64,000 bases of DNA, from the NCBI GenBank assembly GCA_015493475.1, contig WGDC01000012.1, forward strand, positions 677 through 64,676, given 5' to 3'. Both the position numbers and the translations under genes were made by a program. Source of the stretch: Deltaproteobacteria bacterium (GTDB lineage: Bacteria > Desulfobacterota > Dissulfuribacteria > Dissulfuribacterales > QOAL01). This document shows positions 18,673 through 27,455 of this stretch, piece after piece (the stretch's first letter is position 1; every line of letters starts with the position of its first letter). Under the pieces are notes generated by a model that was given only the letters and a program-made list of their open reading frames with translations, did no database searches and was not told the DNA's origin.

Positions 18673-19032
18673 CTGAAGTTTCCCAATTTTTAAAATGTGC
18701 CGTACAAACTGCGTGACACATTTTCTCATAAACTTGCATTCGCATTAAAGAATATTTTTAAAAACAGGGCAAATCCCATGCAAGATGGTAGGGTCTATGT
18801 GGTTTTAGCGCATGCCCCAGCCTTGAGGGACTCAGGTAGCCTGAATCATGTTTCTTACGTAGTTACTCGTTTGTACAACGTACTTTACCCCCTTATGCCG
18901 CGCCGAGCATGGAAGTGACAGGCCCCGGTCAGACCCCGAAAACGAACACTAAACAAGTCTGTAGAAGGCGGTTAAAAGTTCCATTAAAAAATCTGAGTTA
19001 ATTTACAAATTGGTCTATTGACATCAGGCAAT

Positions 19033-19063
19033 AAAAAAGGCCGCCTTTTTGAGGCGGCCTTTT
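19033..19063 (-). terminator. Intrinsic terminator downstream of the TauE fusion (bidirectional form)
   Basis: AAAAAAGGCCGCCT-TTTTG-AGGCGGCCTTTT hairpin with T tracts on both strands. Confidence 0.85.
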
Positions 19064-19086
19064 ACTATTTGGCTGATATCTTCCCT

Positions 19087-20763
19087 TTATCTCATGAAGG
19101 GCAGCAACTTCGTGTACTTCATGAAGACGATTATGAGTGCAAGTGCGAGCATCCTCTTCAGGAAGATCTCTGGCAGCTTCTTCTGGATCTTCGGACCAAC
19201 CATACCACCGCCGATAGCACCGCCAGCGATACAGGCCGCCATTATCCAGTCAGGCTGGTAACCCATGAGGATGTACTTTGCAATACCACCGCATGATGTT
19301 GCAAAGGTACCGGCCAAGGCAATTGGAACGGCGAGGTACATAGGATAACCCATGAATGTGGTCATAAAAGGCATGAACATGAATCCACCGCCAACGCCAA
19401 AGGAAGAGGCGATCATACCCATGATGATACCGCCGATGAGCATGGTCAGCGGACGGGCCACAAATGTCTCGCCCCAGAACCTCATGTCAAACTTTACTAT
19501 GTTGAATGTATCGAACTCAACCTTGCCAAGCTCGGCCGCCTTACCTGTCTTCTTCGCCTCTTCAACTGCCTTATTGAACTTTTGGACGATGGCCTTGAGG
19601 GCCTTCTTCTTTTCAATGGTGCTAGGCAGGGACTCGTGGAAGAGCTTGAAGCCTATAAGCAAACAGATAATACCAAGGTAGAACTTGTAGGCCTTAAGAG
19701 GCAAATACTTTGCCGAGAACGTTGGTCCAATGAAGAAGGCGCCAATAAGAATACCTATGGCAAAGAATATGGCCACTGGCCATGCAAAACGTTTTGCCTT
19801 AAAGTAGGAAATAAGGCCGGTAATTGGTGAACACAGGGTCAGGAACAGGTTTGTAGGCTTAATTGTGTTAGCCGCGTTGATACCTATGGGGCCCTTAGTG
19901 CCGATAACCGTGATCTGGTATGCAGCGGTGAAAAGACCACCTGCGGCACCCATGATAACGAAGAGAACACCAATGATAAACGCACCAAAGAGAACCACGA
20001 GCGGGTTCATGTAGCAGCAACCAGTGGGAAAGTAGAAGGTAGAAGGAATGATAGTGAAGCCGCCCGTCTTCTGACCGTTAACATACACGGCCATCTTGGT
20101 ATGAGGTGCGAGGTTCTTGTAAGGTGTCATTGTCATCTCAAACTCACCTGTCTGCTTGTTTAGCTTGAGGGTGACACCCTTGTTCCAGTCTTCCTTCTGG
20201 GTGGAGTAATCGGTCATTACCATCCTGGCGTTACCGCCACCGATGGGCCTTTCCTTGGATATGGTGTTGATACCGAATTTCTTTTCATGGGTGAAGATCA
20301 GGAACTTCCACTGCTTTTCCGTGTTTACTGGACCAAGCTCACCCTTTACGTTGTCCGGTATCTGGCCCCATTTCTTTATCTTGTTGACCCTAACCATGAA
20401 CTTGAATGGCGGCCATGCAAAAGGCCCGCTTGTCTGGCCCTTGGCGACACTCTTTGGTGTCGCAAGATCCTCGGGCCTGTTGGTAATCACGTAGTAGGTA
20501 GGCGGGATGGCAGTGTCACCGAACTTCTTGGCAAGCTTTGCCCTCTCCTTACTCCCCGGGGCGTCTGCAGGCTTGAACATCTGCTCTGTACAGACAACGA
20601 TGTACAGGTCCTGACCAGGATCGATCTTGCCCTTGACGGTTATGGGCTTGCCTGCCTTAACGTGGTCAGAGACCAGGCTCGCCTCGACTGCCCATGCAGA
20701 TGATGCTGCGAATACCAACATCAAAAAGACCGTAAAGACCTGACCTAAAATCCTCTTCTTCAT
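19087..20763 (-). CDS. Sulfite exporter TauE/SafE-family permease fused to an N-terminal signal peptide and a ~240-aa soluble domain
   Basis: Signal peptide ending AWA-V, a hydrophilic domain, then two TauE repeats (IMGAAGG...; SSFGVGGGFMFMP...GAIGGGMVG). RBS GAGGAG precedes ATG 20763. Confidence 0.85.
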   Translation of the reverse strand: MKKRILGQVFTVFLMLVFAASSAWAVEASLVSDHVKAGKPITVKGKIDPGQDLYIVVCTEQMFKPADAPGSKERAKLAKKFGDTAIPPTYYVITNRPEDLATPKSVAKGQTSGPFAWPPFKFMVRVNKIKKWGQIPDNVKGELGPVNTEKQWKFLIFTHEKKFGINTISKERPIGGGNARMVMTDYSTQKEDWNKGVTLKLNKQTGEFEMTMTPYKNLAPHTKMAVYVNGQKTGGFTIIPSTFYFPTGCCYMNPLVVLFGAFIIGVLFVIMGAAGGLFTAAYQITVIGTKGPIGINAANTIKPTNLFLTLCSPITGLISYFKAKRFAWPVAIFFAIGILIGAFFIGPTFSAKYLPLKAYKFYLGIICLLIGFKLFHESLPSTIEKKKALKAIVQKFNKAVEEAKKTGKAAELGKVEFDTFNIVKFDMRFWGETFVARPLTMLIGGIIMGMIASSFGVGGGFMFMPFMTTFMGYPMYLAVPIALAGTFATSCGGIAKYILMGYQPDWIMAACIAGGAIGGGMVGPKIQKKLPEIFLKRMLALALIIVFMKYTKLLPFMR

Positions 20764-20791
20764 AATGCTCTCCTCTCTCTTTGTTTTTTTA

Positions 20792-20809
20792 TGCAACCTT
20801 TTCGTTGCA
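20792..20809. promoter_or_regulatory. Palindrome TGCAAC-N6-GTTGCA (copy 1, between rex and tauE)
   Basis: TGCAAC-CTTTTC-GTTGCA; same arms and spacing as 21690-21707 and 21859-21876. Confidence 0.55.
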
Positions 20810-21553
20810 CTAACTGGTTAAACTGACACCCTGCCTCTGGACATTGGATTGAACAACAGGCCAGCTGTGTTCCCTGGCCCATTTTGGCTTTGAGGAATTA
20901 ACGGATTCCTTCGAATCCGTAGCGTTTCCTTGAGAGATCTTGTACGTCAGAGTATCCAAAAGTATCGTAAAATCAACATATTGGACGCTCACCCCACGAG
21001 GCACACGGATCCTCGTGGTACAGAAATTAAGTATGCCCTTGACTCCGCATTCTACCAGGATATCCGCCATCTCCTGGGCCTTTTCGGAAGGAACTGCCAG
21101 CACCGCCAACTGGATATCCCTCTCCTTGAGCACCTTTGGCAGGTCTTCTATACCGTGCACCACGATGCCGCCTTCGAGCTCCTTGCCTATGTGGTTCGGG
21201 TCGAAGTCAAAAACAGCCTCGAATACGTAACCTTGCCTCGAAAACTGGGGATGCCTCAACAGGGCCTGGCCTATTGGACCGGCACCCACTAGAACCACGC
21301 GCCATTCGTCGAGAAGGCCAAGAATACCGGATATGGTATTCAGCAAGGAGGCAACATCATAACCCACGCCTCTAACGCCAAACCTCCCAAAGTAAGATAG
21401 GTCCTTTCTAAGCTGGGCCGGATTCACGCTTGCCTCGTAGGCAAGCTCACTTGATGACACCACTTTTACGCCCTTGGCGAGAAGCCTCTTGAGATACCGC
21501 TGGTACACCGACAATCGGATGATTGTAGCGGCTGGGATTTTTTCTTTTCTCAT
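20810..21553 (-). CDS. rex: Redox-sensing transcriptional repressor Rex
   Basis: IPAATIIRLSVY, QLRKDLSYFGRFGVRGVGYDV, VGAGPIGQAL, GILNF. RBS GGGGAGG precedes ATG 21553. Carries a C-terminal extension of about 30 aa. Confidence 0.95.
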   Translation of the reverse strand: MRKEKIPAATIIRLSVYQRYLKRLLAKGVKVVSSSELAYEASVNPAQLRKDLSYFGRFGVRGVGYDVASLLNTISGILGLLDEWRVVLVGAGPIGQALLRHPQFSRQGYVFEAVFDFDPNHIGKELEGGIVVHGIEDLPKVLKERDIQLAVLAVPSEKAQEMADILVECGVKGILNFCTTRIRVPRGVSVQYVDFTILLDTLTYKISQGNATDSKESVNSSKPKWAREHSWPVVQSNVQRQGVSLTS

Positions 21554-21589
21554 CTTTACCTCCCCTTGAATTTGATTGGAACATGTACC

Positions 21590-21606
21590 AGCAATATCTG
21601 TGCCCA
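21590..21606 (-). promoter_or_regulatory. sigma54 (RpoN) -24/-12 promoter for rex-tauE
   Basis: Minus strand TGGGCACAGATATTGCT = GGCAC-N5-TTGCT with exact GG-N10-GC spacing, about 37 bp before the rex start. Confidence 0.75.
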
Positions 21607-21631
21607 CAAAAAAAATAACTGCAATTTCAAT

Positions 21632-21649
21632 TTGTTATAATAATCACGT
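21632..21649. promoter_or_regulatory. Degenerate Rex-box-like site
   Basis: TTGTTAT-AATA-ATCACGT versus TTGTGAA-N4-TTCACAA; just upstream of the sigma54 promoter. Confidence 0.35.
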
Positions 21650-21689
21650 TCACAAAATTCTCAAGATCGCATCAAGATCAAGGGATAAT

Positions 21690-21707
21690 TGCAACAATAA
21701 TGTTGCA
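21690..21707. promoter_or_regulatory. Palindrome TGCAAC-N6-GTTGCA (copy 2; candidate enhancer-binding-protein UAS)
   Basis: TGCAACA-ATAA-TGTTGCA perfect inverted repeat, about 120 bp upstream of the predicted TSS. Confidence 0.65.
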
Positions 21708-21710
21708 CTT

Positions 21711-21728
21711 TTGAGTTTAGTTTCACGA
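21711..21728. promoter_or_regulatory. Degenerate Rex-box-like site
   Basis: TTGAGTT-TAGT-TTCACGA, with a good right half-site; abuts UAS copy 2. Confidence 0.3.
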
Positions 21729-21785
21729 TTGAAAAGGGCCATAATTCACAAGAATAAAGGGGTAAAAAGAAAAAATTTAAATAAT

Positions 21786-21798
21786 TTTCAATAAGTTA
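21786..21798 (+). promoter_or_regulatory. IHF-like binding site
   Basis: TTTCAATAAGTTA versus WATCAANNNNTTR (one mismatch), with an upstream A/T tract; lies between the two upstream palindromes. Confidence 0.5.
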
Positions 21799-21858
21799 CA
21801 AACAGCACAAACAGAAAAGGACTTGAAAACATCTTGTATCTTTTTTCCTATTATAAAA

Positions 21859-21876
21859 TGCAACAAAAAAGTTGCA
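21859..21876. promoter_or_regulatory. Palindrome TGCAAC-N6-GTTGCA (copy 3)
   Basis: TGCAAC-AAAAAA-GTTGCA. Confidence 0.6.
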
Positions 21877-21900
21877 AGAATAAAACAAGAAATGTTGCTC

Positions 21901-22557
21901 TTATCTGTTTGGAACCTGGATGTTTTCTATCTTTCTTCTTGGACGAAATTTGAAATAGAGAAATATCACGAGCAGATAAACCGTCATGAAAAGGAGGGGT
22001 AAAGAGATGCCACTTATTCCCCTTACCGGGCTCGGAAAGGAAATCACGAACACCGCACCAGTCTCTTCCTTGAGCCTAACCACTGATGGAATATGGTCTA
22101 GCCAGAAAAGTGCAAAAAATACAGGCATTAAATAGGTGATACCATATCTTGCAAACCTTTGGGCCAGGTATTCGTTGAATTTCTCGTCAAGTTCACTATC
22201 ACTTGCGTCATAAAGGACCGACTGTTTTTTCCAGTCATCAATCTCCTTTATCAATTCTTGGGCCTGCTGCCTTGCAAGAAAGGCTTGACGGAAGGCCTCT
22301 TCCTTTTCGTCAACGCGAAGGAGCTTCCTTATAAACAGTGATATCCCGGCGGTAAGAAGGGCCACCAAGGTTACCTGCATCCATAAAGGTGCTCCTATGG
22401 CATCAAGGGGCGTAATTATAAGCACCTGCAAGAAATGGGAAGCAGTGGAAAAAAGCGGCGTCAAAACGCCGATCATCAACCAGTCCAAGAAATCCCTTAT
22501 AAAACCAGGTATAAAGTCCATGTCCGTAACCATAAAACCCACACGACCTTTTTTCAA
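21901..22557 (-). CDS. Hypothetical membrane protein (TM - coiled coil - TM - TM topology)
   Basis: 218-aa ORF co-oriented with rex. It has a hydrophobic segment (LWMQVTLVALLTAGISLFI), a charged helical region, then YGITYLMPVFFALFWL and LPLLFMTVYLLVIFLYF. Start uncertain. Confidence 0.75.
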   Translation of the reverse strand: MKKGRVGFMVTDMDFIPGFIRDFLDWLMIGVLTPLFSTASHFLQVLIITPLDAIGAPLWMQVTLVALLTAGISLFIRKLLRVDEKEEAFRQAFLARQQAQELIKEIDDWKKQSVLYDASDSELDEKFNEYLAQRFARYGITYLMPVFFALFWLDHIPSVVRLKEETGAVFVISFPSPVRGISGISLPLLFMTVYLLVIFLYFKFRPRRKIENIQVPNR

Positions 22558-22631
22558 CGAGCATATAGCAGCGACAACAAGAAAAATCGTGGTTTGCTCA
22601 TCCTTTTTGGGATAGTGTTGTCTTCAACACT

Positions 22632-24581
22632 ATGAGCAAGGAGACAAGCATGCACAGCCCCGGAAACCGCCCCGTTAGGTTAGCTTCATTTTTTTTGGCA
22701 ATCCTGCTTTTCCTTTTGCAGATGTCTTCACTGCCTTGCCTTGCGGCACGAGAAAGAGCCCACTGCGCCCTGGAAAAAGAGGCTGAAAAGATAGTTGTGC
22801 GGCAGGACGGCACCTACGTTGACATAGACGAGATATTTCTGAGCGTGCTCGATGAAAAGGGCAAGAGACAACAGCAGATCCAGAGTTTTTTCCTTAACAA
22901 AAATTACTTTCGCCTCAATATCATTGCCTTTGAACTCATACACAGAAACGGAACAAAAACCAGAATTGACTGGAGGGCCAACTCAAAAGAGACTACTCCT
23001 GCCGAGTCTACCCGCATGAACATATACGATCCGAACCAGAAGGTGATAAAGGTATTCATTCCTGGACTGAAAATAGGTGACACCATCCACTACAAGGTAA
23101 AGGTGGAAAACTTCAAGCCTATGATAAATGGCGAATTTTTTGGAACCGCCGTGATTCAGCATACCTATCCGGCAAAAAAAATCCGCATTGAAATATCCCT
23201 TCCCAGGGAAAAGCCACTTTATACGCTGATCAAGGACAAGGTAAGGAAAGCCAGGATTCTTTCAAGGCAGAAAATCAAGGGGAACAACAGGATTTACATG
23301 TGGCGATTTGAAAACATAAACGAACTCGTCCCTGAACCGAACATGCCGGCGTTTTCAAGAGTCGCAATGCGTCTACTTTTTTCAACCATGAAAACATGGA
23401 AAGACGTGTCAAATTGGTATTACAACCTGTCCGAGCCGAAGCTTAAACCAACCCCTGCCATCAAGGCAAAGGTCAGGGAGCTGATACGAGGCAAAAAGGA
23501 CCCTATGGAAAAGGCGCGGGCCCTCTTCTTCTTTGTATCAAGGAAAATACGATACATGGGTCTCATAGAGGAGGCAAAAAGACCTGGATTTGAGCCTCAC
23601 CAGGTTGGCTTGACCTTCAACAGGAGGTATGGGGTATGCCGGGACAAGGCCGCACTCCTCGTTTCAATGCTCAGGGTGGCGGGTTTCAAGGCAGCCCCTG
23701 TTCTGGTAAAGGCGGGGGGGAAACTTGACCCTGAAATCCCGGTACCCTATTTCAACCATGCCATAAGCGCGATCCTTGACAAAGAGGGCAGGCCAGTGAC
23801 TTACATAGACCCTACTTCCGAGACAAGCAACCAGTTTCTCCCGGATTACGAGCAGGATTCCTCCTGCCTGCCCGCGACGAAAAAGGGCTCCGCCCTTCTT
23901 CTTACCCCTGTAAATCCTCCTGCACGTAACCTTTTCATCATGTCAATAAGGGACTCTCTGAGACCGAATGGCCTTGTCACAGGAACTATAACCGTAAAGA
24001 CAAAAAATTTTATCGATACCGTCTTCAGGAGCATCCTCATGGCCAAGACCAAAGACCAGCAGAAAAGATTCATGGAACGCTTCATACTTGAAAGACGGCC
24101 TGGAATCGAGGTAAAAACCCTTTCGTGGACAGACCCGGGTGATACCAATACCCCGTTTTCCTTCAGGTGTTCTTTTTTGATAAAAAACGCCCTGAAGGCT
24201 AAAAGACTTTATCCCTTGGCCACTGCAAGGGACATGGGCATCCTTGACACATGGATCATTTCGAAGGCCTCTATGACAGGCAGGAGATACCCTCTTAAAC
24301 TTGGCTACGCGCTGAAGACAATCATCAGGGAGAAAATGAGGCTTGGCGACGAGGACCTGACCCTTACGCTTCCAAACGTGCGGGACATAACCAACCACTT
24401 TTTCTACTTTACAACCACCTTTGCCCTGTCCAATAACACGCTCACCATAGAAAGAACATTTGTCAACAAGACACTTGAGTTGCCAACTATTGGTTACAGG
24501 CATCTTTTAAGGCTTCAGGCTGAGCTCCTGCGGGACGAATTCATGCCGATCATGGTCACAAAGGAGGAAAGAGTGAAATGA
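22632..24581 (+). CDS. Exported DUF3857 + transglutaminase-like domain protein (Cys-His-Asp intact)
   Basis: Signal peptide, beta-rich DUF3857-like N-terminus, IRYMG, YGVCRDKAALL, FNHAI, YIDPT. Confidence 0.82.
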   Translation: MSKETSMHSPGNRPVRLASFFLAILLFLLQMSSLPCLAARERAHCALEKEAEKIVVRQDGTYVDIDEIFLSVLDEKGKRQQQIQSFFLNKNYFRLNIIAFELIHRNGTKTRIDWRANSKETTPAESTRMNIYDPNQKVIKVFIPGLKIGDTIHYKVKVENFKPMINGEFFGTAVIQHTYPAKKIRIEISLPREKPLYTLIKDKVRKARILSRQKIKGNNRIYMWRFENINELVPEPNMPAFSRVAMRLLFSTMKTWKDVSNWYYNLSEPKLKPTPAIKAKVRELIRGKKDPMEKARALFFFVSRKIRYMGLIEEAKRPGFEPHQVGLTFNRRYGVCRDKAALLVSMLRVAGFKAAPVLVKAGGKLDPEIPVPYFNHAISAILDKEGRPVTYIDPTSETSNQFLPDYEQDSSCLPATKKGSALLLTPVNPPARNLFIMSIRDSLRPNGLVTGTITVKTKNFIDTVFRSILMAKTKDQQKRFMERFILERRPGIEVKTLSWTDPGDTNTPFSFRCSFLIKNALKAKRLYPLATARDMGILDTWIISKASMTGRRYPLKLGYALKTIIREKMRLGDEDLTLTLPNVRDITNHFFYFTTTFALSNNTLTIERTFVNKTLELPTIGYRHLLRLQAELLRDEFMPIMVTKEERVK

Positions 24582-26437
24582 ACATGAAGACCACGCCATC
24601 AAAAAAATCACCCTTCCTGCCTCTTATCCTTTTTATAACCCTTCTTGTAACACCCGCAGGCGTACACGCCATGGGTACGCATCATCCGAAAACAAGACCC
24701 GATGCGCTTATCCTGCTTGTTGAAAAGCAGTACCGGGTTGGTCAAGGGGGTAACTATACCATAAGGCTTCATGTCAAAACCCTCATCAACTCCTACCAAG
24801 GTAGAAAGAGCTGGGCCGATTTCAGGGCTTCCTACAACAAGGACTTTGAGAATATCCGCGTAATAGAAGCAAAAACCATAATGCCTGATGGCAAGGTCAT
24901 ACCCGTAACACAAAGGGAGATTCACGATATAACTGACCCGTCAACACAAAAAGCATCCATTTTCTCAGCCTCACGGCTCAAGGTTGTAAATTTCCCTTCG
25001 GTTGAGAAGGGCTGCACGGTCGAACTCGTTATGGAAAAGAAATCCAGACTTGGACTCTGGTCAGAGGAACCATTCTCCCTGAACAACCCTGTGAAATTAA
25101 AACGGGTAAGCGTTTCCCTTCCCAGGGGCATGTCTCTTTCCATCCACCTGCAATCAAGGGCTATACGGCAAACCAAGGAAAAAAAGGGTAAAAGAACCGT
25201 ATTTACCTGGGTGGCGAGGAACCGGCCCAAGCTTATCCCTGACCCCTTGATGCCCCCTGTGGAAAACAGGGACGATACCCTCATCATTTCCACCCTTCAT
25301 TCATGGAAGGATGTCTCAAATGTCTTGATCGGGCTTTTGACAAGGAGGATTGAAGGCCCGGGCAGGAACCTTGCAGACCGTGCCACCGCATCGGGAACCC
25401 GCACGGCGGATGAGATCTTCCTGGATCTTAAGAAGAAGCTCGAAGTCTTTCCCATTGGCCTTTTCAAGTCAAGGCTCCTTTTCTCTCCGCCGGCCCTGAC
25501 ACTGCGACTGGGCTATGGAAGCCAGATGGACGCCCTGTTACTATTTCGCCAACTGCTTGCCTATAGGGGTATAAAGAGCGAGCTCATCGCGGCAAACTCG
25601 GCAGGAATCTCCATGGAGGGGCTCAGGGACTGTTTCGACCCGGCCCTTTTCAACACGTTCTTGATAAAGGCCCAAGGGAAATTCTACTCATTTGACATGA
25701 AAGAGGCAGCCCCGGGAATAACAGGGCTTGATGGCCAGATGGGGCTTAATCTTGAAAAATCCACATTCGAAGTCATCAAGGACGTAAGCAGCGAGAAAAC
25801 CGTACAGGCATTTAACATGGTGCTTACCTCCCCGGTATCCTTCGAGGCAGATTACCACGGCGATTTCCTCGGCCTTAAGGCAGTCTCCATGAAAAAGATG
25901 TTCAAGGACTTGACCCCGAAAGAATTCAAGGTAAGGCAGTCCATTTTTTTTCATTCCCTCCATCCGTTGGCCCATCCACTTTCGGCCCTGAAGGTTAATG
26001 GCGTAGGACCTGCCTCCACACGGGTAGACGTGAGGGCAAGATACGGGGTCAAGGATTTCGGACTCGAAAATAGCGGCCTTTTCTTTATCCCGATTCAGGC
26101 CCCAGGACTACTTAGCGCGTTATTCAAACTTCCACCAGAAAGGAAGAATGACATTTTCCTGAGAAAACCAGTAACGGAAACGGTGAGGATAAAAATAGAA
26201 ATACCGGAAGGGTTCGCCTTCGAAGGTGCGCCTCCCGCTTCTTCAGGCTCTATCGGTCCCTTTTCATGGGAGAATAGCTGCGAGGTAGCAGGCAGGGTTC
26301 TTGCCTGCAGCAGGACGGTAAAGACGAAGCGGGGATTCTTGAAAAACGGGACGGCCTTCAGGCGGCTGCGCCAAGTAATTCAAAAACTGCTCGATCCAAG
26401 GGTCAACACCCTTACGTTCAGGGACGTGCATTTTTGA
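24578..26437 (+). CDS. Exported DUF3857-domain protein with a degenerate transglutaminase core
   Basis: Signal peptide and the same architecture as the upstream gene (VVNFPSVEKG, FTWVARN, STLHSWKDV). The catalytic positions read GYGSQMDA and FNTFL. ATGA overlap with the upstream gene. Confidence 0.75.
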   Translation: MNMKTTPSKKSPFLPLILFITLLVTPAGVHAMGTHHPKTRPDALILLVEKQYRVGQGGNYTIRLHVKTLINSYQGRKSWADFRASYNKDFENIRVIEAKTIMPDGKVIPVTQREIHDITDPSTQKASIFSASRLKVVNFPSVEKGCTVELVMEKKSRLGLWSEEPFSLNNPVKLKRVSVSLPRGMSLSIHLQSRAIRQTKEKKGKRTVFTWVARNRPKLIPDPLMPPVENRDDTLIISTLHSWKDVSNVLIGLLTRRIEGPGRNLADRATASGTRTADEIFLDLKKKLEVFPIGLFKSRLLFSPPALTLRLGYGSQMDALLLFRQLLAYRGIKSELIAANSAGISMEGLRDCFDPALFNTFLIKAQGKFYSFDMKEAAPGITGLDGQMGLNLEKSTFEVIKDVSSEKTVQAFNMVLTSPVSFEADYHGDFLGLKAVSMKKMFKDLTPKEFKVRQSIFFHSLHPLAHPLSALKVNGVGPASTRVDVRARYGVKDFGLENSGLFFIPIQAPGLLSALFKLPPERKNDIFLRKPVTETVRIKIEIPEGFAFEGAPPASSGSIGPFSWENSCEVAGRVLACSRTVKTKRGFLKNGTAFRRLRQVIQKLLDPRVNTLTFRDVHF

Positions 26438-26449
26438 ATACGTTACCAA

Positions 26450-27445
26450 ATGGAGGCAATCATGGATGCAATGGTTCTTGAAAAACAGGAACAGGGGCTT
26501 AAACACAGGTCAGTGCCAAGGCCGGAGCCCTCTGAAGGACAGGTCCTTATAAGGATAGAGGCATGCGGGGTCTGCCGGACAGACCTCCACATCATAGACG
26601 GAGAACTTGAAAGGCCGAAGCTTCCTCTCATCCCCGGCCATGAGATAATAGGGAGAATAGAGGAGACAGGGCCAGGCACCAGAAGGTTTGAACCTGGAAC
26701 GAGGGTTGGCGTACCATGGCTTGCCCGCACCTGCGGCAGGTGCAAATACTGCCAAAAGGGCCTCGAAAACCTCTGCGATAACGCCTATTTTACCGGCTAC
26801 ACGATAGATGGAGGCTATGCCGAGTATTGCTGCGCCTTTGAAGATTTCATATTCCCTATTCCTAAAGGCTACACTAGCCCCAAGGCCGCTCCTTTGATGT
26901 GTGCCGGCCTGATCGGATACCGTTCTTATTCCATGACGGAAAACGCCGAAACCATAGGCCTTTACGGCTTCGGCGCATCTGCCCACATAATATGCCAGGT
27001 TGCGGTGCACCAGGGCCGTCAGGTCTTCGCCTTTACGAGAGACGGGGATAAGGAAAAACAGCAGTTTGCAATGGACCTCGGGGCGTACTGGGCTGGAGGC
27101 TCCGGAACGCTTCCCCCTCATCCACTTGACGCTGCCATTATTTTCGCCCCTGCAGGCCACCTTTTGCCCCAGGCCCTCAGGGCAGTGGACAAGGGCGGCC
27201 GGGTAATATGCGCAGGCATATACATGAGTGACATCCCCGGTTTTCCATACTCCCTCCTCTGGGAGGAACGGCATGTCAAGTCCGTTGCAAATCTTACGAG
27301 GAGAGACGGAAACGAATTCATGAAAATCGCAGACTGCACCCCGATAGAGCTTCACATAACGACCTTTCCCCTCAAGGAGGCCAACGGGGCACTTGACGCA
27401 TTGAGAAGGGGCTGCATAAAGGGAGCTGCAGTTCTCGTACCATAG
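26450..27445 (+). CDS. Zinc-dependent alcohol dehydrogenase family protein
   Basis: CGVCRTDLH, PGHE, CGRCKYC...C structural Zn site, APLMCAGLIGYR, GLYGFGASAH. Confidence 0.92.
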   Translation: MEAIMDAMVLEKQEQGLKHRSVPRPEPSEGQVLIRIEACGVCRTDLHIIDGELERPKLPLIPGHEIIGRIEETGPGTRRFEPGTRVGVPWLARTCGRCKYCQKGLENLCDNAYFTGYTIDGGYAEYCCAFEDFIFPIPKGYTSPKAAPLMCAGLIGYRSYSMTENAETIGLYGFGASAHIICQVAVHQGRQVFAFTRDGDKEKQQFAMDLGAYWAGGSGTLPPHPLDAAIIFAPAGHLLPQALRAVDKGGRVICAGIYMSDIPGFPYSLLWEERHVKSVANLTRRDGNEFMKIADCTPIELHITTFPLKEANGALDALRRGCIKGAAVLVP

Positions 27446-27455
27446 GGACATAAAA

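Noticed and set aside
18764-18800. ACAGGGCAAATCCCATGCAAGATGG resembling the start of a c-di-GMP-I riboswitch
   Set aside because: It lacks the GACGCAAA junction and second stem, and no co-oriented gene follows (the region lies between convergent genes).
18697-18918. 73-aa ORF in the tatC-tauE gap
   Set aside because: No RBS, no recognizable motif, atypical composition.
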